DNA of 55,230 bases, counting the filler, from Porpidia crustulata (taxonomy: Eukaryota): NCBI GenBank assembly GCA_964255105.1. It is 3 parts of 3 records of this genome, joined end to end, with 100 filler letters (N's around TTAATTAATTAA, not from the genome) between each part and the next. Parts side by side here need not be neighbours in the genome. Positions count along the whole stretch, not along the records: positions 36,935 to 55,230 come from CAXUWE010000184.1; 2 more parts are not named here. One strand, 5' to 3'. Both the position numbers and the translations under genes were made by a program. Position 1 is the first letter of the stretch. Every line of letters starts with the position of its first letter. Positions 47,720 through 55,230 of this stretch are shown piece by piece. Below the pieces are notes generated by a model. The model was not told where the DNA came from. It made no database searches and saw only the letters and a program-made list of their open reading frames with translations.

Positions 47720-49403
47720 ATGAATCGGCAATACTACGGGAGTCAAAACAAAGTTGATTTTCGACGTCCAAATCGCTCCTTCACTGGTACAATGTCTCGT
47801 TCGTCTCACGACGACTCCCAGGCTTTTCGTATGGGTCACAACACCAACGAGAGTAGTCCTATCCAAGAATCAGACTCTGAAAAGGGTGGTAATCCTCCAC
47901 GGCGTCGGATAGCTTTAGCGGTAAGTCTCATACCACAGCGAGCCACCAATTACGGATATGGGTGGAAAGCGGCTGATGTCCTGGCCCTGAAGTGCTCGCG
48001 ATGCCGCAAGAGGAAGATCAAATGCAGCGGAGACCTAGGCCACGGACAAGGCTGCCAGAATTGTAAGAACGCTGGAAGCAACGCTTCGTCTTGTCAGTTC
48101 TTAAGGGTACGATTAAGCTGGTGATCAACTTTTGAGCAACATATTAATGCAATGATTGTAGGTCTCGTCGACCACAACGATCTATGCTCCTCCACCGGCG
48201 ACTATGCCCTGGACCTATGGACAAACCTCCAGTTCTCTAGCGTCCACTTCAGGAATCTCTCAGCATGTTAATAGCTTAAGCCCTTACTCTTCAGGGATGA
48301 ATCCTGCGGTCTCTTACGCTGGCTCGGCTCATCCATCGCGAATACCCTCTATTAGTGGGCCGTCGATGACGCCCTACGTAACCGGCCCAGCTCGGCAGGG
48401 TTCTACCCCGATCTACGGAGGAAGCTTCAACGACGAGCTTTGTGACCCGTTTTACAGCATGCAATCTATGCAGTATCCCGGGTCTCTTCATGAACATCAA
48501 GGCCTGACCACAAGTTACACTGCCCAGGAGACTGGGAGGCAATGGACGCCCATATCACCAGGCAGTAGATCCTCCTACAATGGCTCAAATCTCGATCCCG
48601 AGTCTTTGCTGAGATACGGGCACCTGAATACCTCTCCTGTAAACATGACTTCAGTCGCCGCTGTGACGACAGAAGGAAACTCATTATTTCCCGCAATGAC
48701 AGCTCTAGTAGGATCTTTGCCACCTTCCAGCGGCGACAGGACTCTGCCTAATCCTAATACCAAAAGAGCCTCGGCGGTCAGCAACGGTAGCCTCAGCCAG
48801 GGATCGCTTGTAGAGACCAATCCAACCGGCCTTCCCTCAAATCTAAATTATAAATCCACTGCTTCGTGGGCTTCCATCGACAGTGTAGCAAGTGGTAGTC
48901 AAGCATCCAGTAGCTCTATCGCGGCCAGTGCTACGTTACCTATCAATAGCAAAGCATCTTTGTCGCCACGAAGCTCTCAGGACACGCCATCTTACGGATA
49001 CATTCCATTGTCACGCAGTCCCCCATCGTCCCTCACAACGGCACGGTCGCCTGAGTATGATTCTTCAACCGGTCTACCAAACTCTTCAACTTCAATGGAA
49101 AGCCAAATGAGCCTTACAGATACAACCTTCCACGCTGGATTTTCAAGCGAAGATATTCTACCAAGCCATCATTCGTCGTCTAGTCTCTACAACTACAGCA
49201 TCGGCATTGGCACAAAGACTGGGTCCTTGAGTGATCCTATGGCTTCCGAGGGTTTACTCTCGAATGGTCAAAACTACACTCGGCTGCGTCAACCGCAGCC
49301 GCAGCACGCTGCCAGCTTCGATCCCCTCCGTACCGATTCGCTCGACACGGCTTCGCACGTCCCACAAAGAACGTCGGTATCCAGCGGCGCTAGGCATTAC
49401 TAG
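47720..49403 (+). CDS. Zn2Cys6 (C6 finger) transcription factor with Ser/Pro-rich C-terminus
   Basis: RRRIALA|CSRCRKRKIKCSGDLGHGQGCQNCKNAG..CQFLR|VSS; introns 47921-47992 and 48107-48161; start uncertain. Confidence 0.85.
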
Positions 49404-50914
49404 GCCATTTCTACGTCGGTTGACATAACATTATCCCCATATCCTTCGACAATGAAAAGAGGTTATAGACTTGGCTTTGCGCAAGTGGCGTTACACTTTG
49501 TTTTTTAATCTTTCCTGGACATCCCTGATTAATCATAAGTCGTTCCTTATTCGACAGACCGTGTTTAAGTAATTGGGGCCTTCCTTCTTTCCTGGATTTG
49601 CTTCCATTTCACGATTCCCAGGACCAAAGACCTTATCTGTTGTGTGCGGGAATCTGCCGCTCACTTTGCGCTTGACACTTATTGTTGAGGATTGTAAGCT
49701 TAGCTGAAGGAAAAGATGAGCTGGTTCCCAGAAACAATCGAGGCTGTAATTTGAAATATTTCCCATGCTGGCGTTGTAAGCTTTATACTGATGGTAACAC
49801 GGACAGCCAAACGCTAATAACATACTTGCCAAGGCAATTCTAATATGATGCTGACCAAAAGCACTGAGAAGCCCATGTTTCAGGGTCGTCGTGATATCAA
49901 GTGGAGTGCGACAGGGCACAAAAACTGGGTCAGGCACGAACAACCGGTTCAAATATCACAAGCTTTTTCTTCTGCGGGGTAAAGCAGTTGTGTACACATC
50001 AATGTAGTCAGGAAATAATATCTTAAAGATGGAATTGTTAGAGGAAGAGTCGCGAAGAAATCGGCGAGGATGAGCTTGTCCTGTAGCGAACAGCCAAGAA
50101 ACAGGAGCGAGAGAGCAAGACCGTCGTCAAAATTGCTCGTCGCTCTGACGAAGCTCATCTCGTTGTAAATTTCTTTACCCTCAGGTGTTCAACCTCTATT
50201 ACGTTTGTCTTCCATAGTTCCCCGTGCCTGAAATATACTACTGCCCCAGCGGGGCGCTGATTCAAGACAACCGATAAGGGGTAAGAGAAATAGATAAGAG
50301 ATGAGGCAAATTTGTGGGGCGCAATTCGGAAAAAAGAGAGTTGTTTGTTCTACAAGCAGGGGGACCGAGTAGGAGCTATCAGTTCAAGTAAAGGGGGTTT
50401 TCATTTGAGAAAACCTTTGACTCTATGTTTCCTGGTCCTTGAGGGTGTCCGTTCTCGTTAGTACTTTCGGGCCCCCCCTTTTCCATGGTTTTCTCTTTGA
50501 AATCCTCGTACTCTCTCTTTGCTCTTTTCTGTTCCGTCGAAATGTATCCTTTACACGGTCTTTGACCTGCAACCCAAAAATATTGTCTACTTTAGCCTCT
50601 GAGTGGTAAGGATGTAGTCTAGTAATACGGCGAGGAGCGCAGGGGATGTCCACGTTCGGCGATATAGTTAGTGTGTAATGGTATGAATGGGTATAAGAAG
50701 TCGAAGTGGTAGGTGCTTAGGGGTAATTTTCGTCACCACGTTTGGGCAAAGATCACGTGTTGAAAGCAAGGAAGTGCCTGGAGCAACAGTTGATATCATT
50801 CTGATCCCCCAAAGCGCTACAGCATGCGACTACATTGGATCAAGATACACAGCTACCTTCTCCACATGCGTACATCTATCCCAATAAAAGTAACACCACG
50901 CAAAGACCAACCCT

Positions 50915-51480
50915 CTACTTCTTCTTGTCCTTCGACGTCGCCTTGGTCTTCGCCGTACCCCGCACAGTCTTGGCTCGGTTTTTGCGTTGCTTGCCTGTTG
51001 AAAATATACCGTCAGCATCCCGTGATCCCGCTGAAAAGAACCATAGCGACTGCCTGAAGAATACGTACGCTGTTGTCTGGATGCCTTCTCAATCTTAGCC
51101 GCATCCCCGTATCTCACCAACCGGTAATGCGGCTCGAATTTCTTCATAACCTCATGCGAATCGTAAATGAGCGCAAATCCGGTGCTCTTGCCTCCACCGT
51201 ATTGCGTTCTGAAGCCGAAGCAGGAGACTTGGTCTTTGTTGGCTTTGTAGAGATCCGCGAGCTTTTGGCGGAGCTCGTCTTTGGAGACATTGGCGCGATT
51301 AGGGTGGAGAACATCGCTATGAGAAACGATGTTAGTGGAAATCTATCTGGAACCGGCCCATCTTTGTGAGTTGTAGGAGATCGCCGCGAATACTCACACG
51401 ACCATCTGCTTTCGACCAAGAAGGGAGTTCCGGATGAACTTGCGCGTGCGCAAAGTGACTGGCTGCTCCTTGTCTGCCAT
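50915..51480 (-). CDS. RPS24: 40S ribosomal protein S24 (eS24)
   Basis: [72 protein letters not shown]; two coding introns. Confidence 0.97.
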
Positions 51481-51753
51481 GATTGCGACTTATCATATGC
51501 TGTCAGTACGTAGGTAGCAGAGCAGGGTTGAAATGTGCGACTGACCGAGCTTCAGATCTTGATGATTTGGAACAGAAGTTTAGCGGTTGTTGTCGTCAAT
51601 TTTGCGTGGGGCGGGTTTGTGCCCCAAGCTAGTCTTGAAACGGCATCGCGTGTATTATACCGATACCATTCTCCATCCCACAGGGAAGTGTTTGATCATA
51701 CCCACGTATCACATTCTTCAGTCTAGCTTTCGATCACTCTTCTTACAAAAAAG

Positions 51754-53174
51754 ATGTCACTGAGTGAGGAAAGAAGAAGCGGTGGAAAAGTATGGCAAGC
51801 TGAATTACTACGGAGGCAGTATCTACAACTGATCGATCCCAAAGAGCTTGCTATTCCTAGCAATGAGGCTCTAAGATCCCCAGACCTTCAAGCAAGGCTG
51901 TATGAGACCATGTTTGACAAAGCCAATCTTCCTTATTCTCCACCAGTCCGTTATAAGTTTCGGGTTCTCAAGAAGTTGATTAATGCTATAGAGCAAGCAA
52001 TTGTGGATCCTGAGGAGGATGTAGGCTCTCCTTCTTGATTTTTTTATTGTTTGACTCATCTGTACTAAGTATATCAAATTTCGATATATACCATTGCGAG
52101 TGATTTATAAAGACTAATCTCGCCCACCCTCAATCTTTCTAGGAGATCTCGGACGAACTAATAAGTTGTCTTGCAGAACCTTTGGCCCATTCATTTGCAT
52201 CAGATTGCGAGGCAGCAAAGCAAAAGTCCTATGTCACTTATGTATTACCCTATCATGTTCTAGAACCCCCTGTAATAACGTTGCTCGAAGCGCGTTCACT
52301 GTTGGCATCGACAGGGACCACTGGATTTCGGACTTGGGAAGCTGCACTCTGTCTAGGGACCTATCTATGTACTGTCGAAGGCCAGAATCATGTTTCTGGA
52401 AAGATTGTATTTGAATTGGGTGCTGGCACTGGTTTCCTATCAATTCTGTCTGCCAAGTACCTCGGTGCTTCTTATGTGCTTGCAACAGATGGGAATGGCG
52501 AGGTTGTGACTGACCTCCATACAAATCATTCACTGAACAGTCTTGACAGTAAAAGAGCGGACGCAAAGATGTTTTTGTGGGGTCATACTCTTGTTGGTGG
52601 CGTACTAGACAACAAGGAGGAGAGTCGAGACTACGATTTAGTCCTTGGTGCCGATGTGGTAAGCTGCAGATTTTCAATCATTTAAATCTCTACTCAAAGT
52701 AACTTTTCATAGCTGATGTAAGCCGTGTATGATTTGTCTGCTAGGTAGAGTCGTGTTCCTTTTTGGTCTCAACATATCCGGCTTTCGTGGTCACATATAT
52801 TTCTTCATTTCATTGCGTTCGCTGATCTATCCACAGACGTACGATATTGGCTCAATTCCAGCGCTGATAGCATCTCTGCGCGACCTTTTCAACCGCTACG
52901 CTGGCATCAAAGCTCTTATTTCAGCCACGGAACGAAACGAACAGACCCTTGAAATGTTCACGAAAGGCTGTGGTCTGTTTGCAAAAGGATACCCCTTTAA
53001 ATCACGATTTTCATGCTTATATCTTCAGCTTTCAACAAATTTAATCTTCAGCGGCTCGATGTCCCAGTCACTCCATCCGATAGCCAGTTCGGCTTCTTTT
53101 TTTCCACTTCTATCCCGATACACATATATTCGATTACCGGACCAGACATCGTCACAGACGTCTTCGCCATATAG
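51754..53174 (+). CDS. EFM3: Protein-lysine N-methyltransferase Efm3/EEF2KMT (FAM86-like); 4 exons
   Basis: LRRQYLQL..PPVRYKFRVLKKL, GTTGFRTWEAAL, FELGAGTGFLS, LATDG, LVLGADV|TYD, ISATERN. Confidence 0.85.
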
Positions 53175-53541
53175 TATGATTGTTGCCTATATTTGTGATG
53201 TCGCAGTAATTGCGCAGGAATCAGCTGGATTTTGACTAGACGGGCTTCTCCTCAAGAGATACTACTCACTCGATCTTCGTAATCTGAGTCAAACTTATAA
53301 AACGTATGAGTCCCATCAACCAAAGAACCAACTTCAAAAGCAAGATTTATAACCTAAACAGCTTTTCTTGCTGATCTATCTTCGTAGGCAACGACTTCAA
53401 TACTGAATTCACCCCTTTCCATAGCGTGCAGCTTGAATATCGTCAGAGTAGTACTCATCATCTCTGGTACTTAGACATGCCATCCACAGATTATGGCCAG
53501 GGTGTCGTATACAACTGGATCCCAAAATACGGTCCAGAACT

Positions 53542-54774
53542 ATGGATGCTTTGTGTCCCTCCACATGGTCGAGTCTACGAAATGTGCAAACGCAGAACGG
53601 AGCAAGCTTTCCCATCTTGGGGCGGCAAGACTGGCGAATTTCTCGACAAAATCAAAGTCGTTCATTTCTGCAACGGCTGACTCCAATACTGATTGACGAG
53701 TATAACGGACTAAGTATATGGCTAATCCCGTGCCCGGAGCGGATGAACGCCAATACTACTTGGTGGATGGTCGATATCTCGGCCTATTTCCTTACGGTCT
53801 TGGAAGATCGATGGAATCTTGTGTGCGTGGGGACGGAACTCAACTCGGGAGATCTCATGGTGGCAGGCAGGCTGACCGGCAGCGAACTTGCTGATCTTGC
53901 TATGGGCATATTTCCAAAGTCGCTATTGTGCCTGGGAAAGCCGGGGCCCGCATTCCATTCGTCGAAGGCACTGGCTAGACGGATATCTGAACTTCATTTA
54001 AAGCTGCAAAGGCACGATGACATTCTAGGCATCGGAGAAACGACTTATTCTCAAAATCAATACCGCAAAGACGGTATAAAATCTCGAAATAAAGAGCGTA
54101 GAAGCAATGATATAGACCTCTCTTCAGCACCACAATCCACCCTCCCACCTTTCGGCCCTCTGCGCCAATGCTTCTCTGATCCAAATCTTCCAAATTTGGC
54201 CGCCCAACACCCGCAGCCTATCTCGTTCGCTACTCGGAAAGAGAGCCATGTCTGCGAAGACGACGAGGAAGAATACGAAATCGAAGAAATGGAAAAGGGA
54301 CGTTCCCGCTATCGCGGCTTCCTCGAAGATCGATCCCATGAGGCCAATGATGAAGATCGCCAACCAGAGGCAGAGGAAAGAGGTTGGTCCTACTATCGCG
54401 GCTTAATCACAGATCAATTGTATGAAGCCAACGACGAAGATCATCAAGCAGAGGAAGAGGAAAGAGGACGGTCCCGCTATCACGGCTCAATCGAAGATCG
54501 ATCGCATGAAGCCGACGATGAAGATCATCAAGTAGAGGAAGAGGAAAGAGGACGGTCTCTCAATCGCAAATCAATCGCAGATCAATCGCATGAAGCCAAT
54601 GATGAGGATTACTGGGTACAGAAAGAGAAAAGAGGACGGTCCCGCTACCGTGCTGGGGACTATTACGCAACGCCAAGCCTACCCAACCATGACAATCACC
54701 TTACCACCACAAAGACACATTCAGAGCAGAACGGGGGCTTCTTCATCAAAGCTAGCAACTGGCTGTGGCCATAA
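53542..54774 (+). CDS. Orphan protein with acidic/basic 28-aa tandem repeats; start uncertain
   Basis: 410-codon ORF; repeats in C-terminal third. Confidence 0.6.
   Translation: MDALCPSTWSSLRNVQTQNGASFPILGRQDWRISRQNQSRSFLQRLTPILIDEYNGLSIWLIPCPERMNANTTWWMVDISAYFLTVLEDRWNLVCVGTELNSGDLMVAGRLTGSELADLAMGIFPKSLLCLGKPGPAFHSSKALARRISELHLKLQRHDDILGIGETTYSQNQYRKDGIKSRNKERRSNDIDLSSAPQSTLPPFGPLRQCFSDPNLPNLAAQHPQPISFATRKESHVCEDDEEEYEIEEMEKGRSRYRGFLEDRSHEANDEDRQPEAEERGWSYYRGLITDQLYEANDEDHQAEEEERGRSRYHGSIEDRSHEADDEDHQVEEEERGRSLNRKSIADQSHEANDEDYWVQKEKRGRSRYRAGDYYATPSLPNHDNHLTTTKTHSEQNGGFFIKASNWLWP
54283..54654 (+). repeat. 84-bp coding tandem repeat, 4 full units plus a partial unit
   Basis: Gly codon of the RGRS motif at 54298, 54382, 54466, 54550, 54634. 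Confidence 0.9.
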
Positions 54775-55230
54775 CCATTCAACCTCCCCCCCCCTTTCCC
54801 CAGGGCACACCATTTTATTCCAAAGCTCCAACCTCACAATACCGATCAAGTTAAGTTTTCTATATAGCTGACCATGCGTGCCTTGAACGTACGGAATACA
54901 TTCACGTTATTTTAGCGCTTTATCCTCCGCAATATACACCTCGACGAAAAGAAGTGCAATATTAAAATCGATGTAAATGACCATATCATTCATACATATC
55001 TACTCCCCATTATCGTTACAAAACTCCATCTTTTCCTTTCAATCTCGCTCCCCCCCCGTCCCGCAAAAATAAGCGATTCGGGGAAAGTTGCGTGAGATCA
55101 TGTACGGGGTGACGTTCGTAATCAATTTTGAATGTTTCCTTTCCTTCCTGTTTCTCTGTTGGAAAAACTGTAGATATCGCTCCGCTTCGTCACCTTATTC
55201 TTGCCTTCCTCGTCATATTCCCATCCACCT

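Noticed and set aside
49440..50900. snRNA/snoRNA or tRNA in the intergenic region
   Set aside because: Only isolated Sm-like words and small hairpins; no recognisable ncRNA (a covariance-model search was not possible).
54283..54654. CRISPR-like array
   Set aside because: Eukaryotic in-frame coding repeat without repeat-spacer structure.

Overview
Filamentous ascomycete (Pezizomycotina-type) nuclear DNA with GT-AG introns and RIP-like C>T/G>A damage. It consists of three contigs joined by artificial N-TTAATTAATTAA-N linkers (18379-18478, 36835-36934), so adjacency across linkers is unproven. Segment 1: about 14 kb of accessory, decayed DNA ends in a GC-rich inverted repeat before an intact VPS54. 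It holds a HET-E-like WD40 tail, a Fot1/pogo remnant, pseudogene or partial copies of GTP cyclohydrolase I and a DUF3295-type gene, plus Myb-like, zinc-ribbon, chromodomain and three-repeat orphan ORFs. This resembles cargo of a large mobile element (Starship-like), but no captain recombinase is in the window. Segment 2: a run of pseudogenes (SGNH hydrolase, secreted Hsp70/actin-fold-like protein, HHE protein, amidase), an intact NAD-dependent epimerase/SDR, a LigB dioxygenase + SDR + broken Zn2Cys6 mini-cluster, and small TIR elements. One of these has a Tc1-like transposase tail but a non-TA target duplication. Segment 3: core genes DMC1 (17 exons), a GIS2/CNBP-like protein, UAP1, a PPIL4-type RRM gene apparently lacking its cyclophilin domain, a Zn2Cys6 factor, RPS24, EFM3 and an orphan with 84-bp repeats. 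All calls come from motif recognition by eye; no database searches were run.
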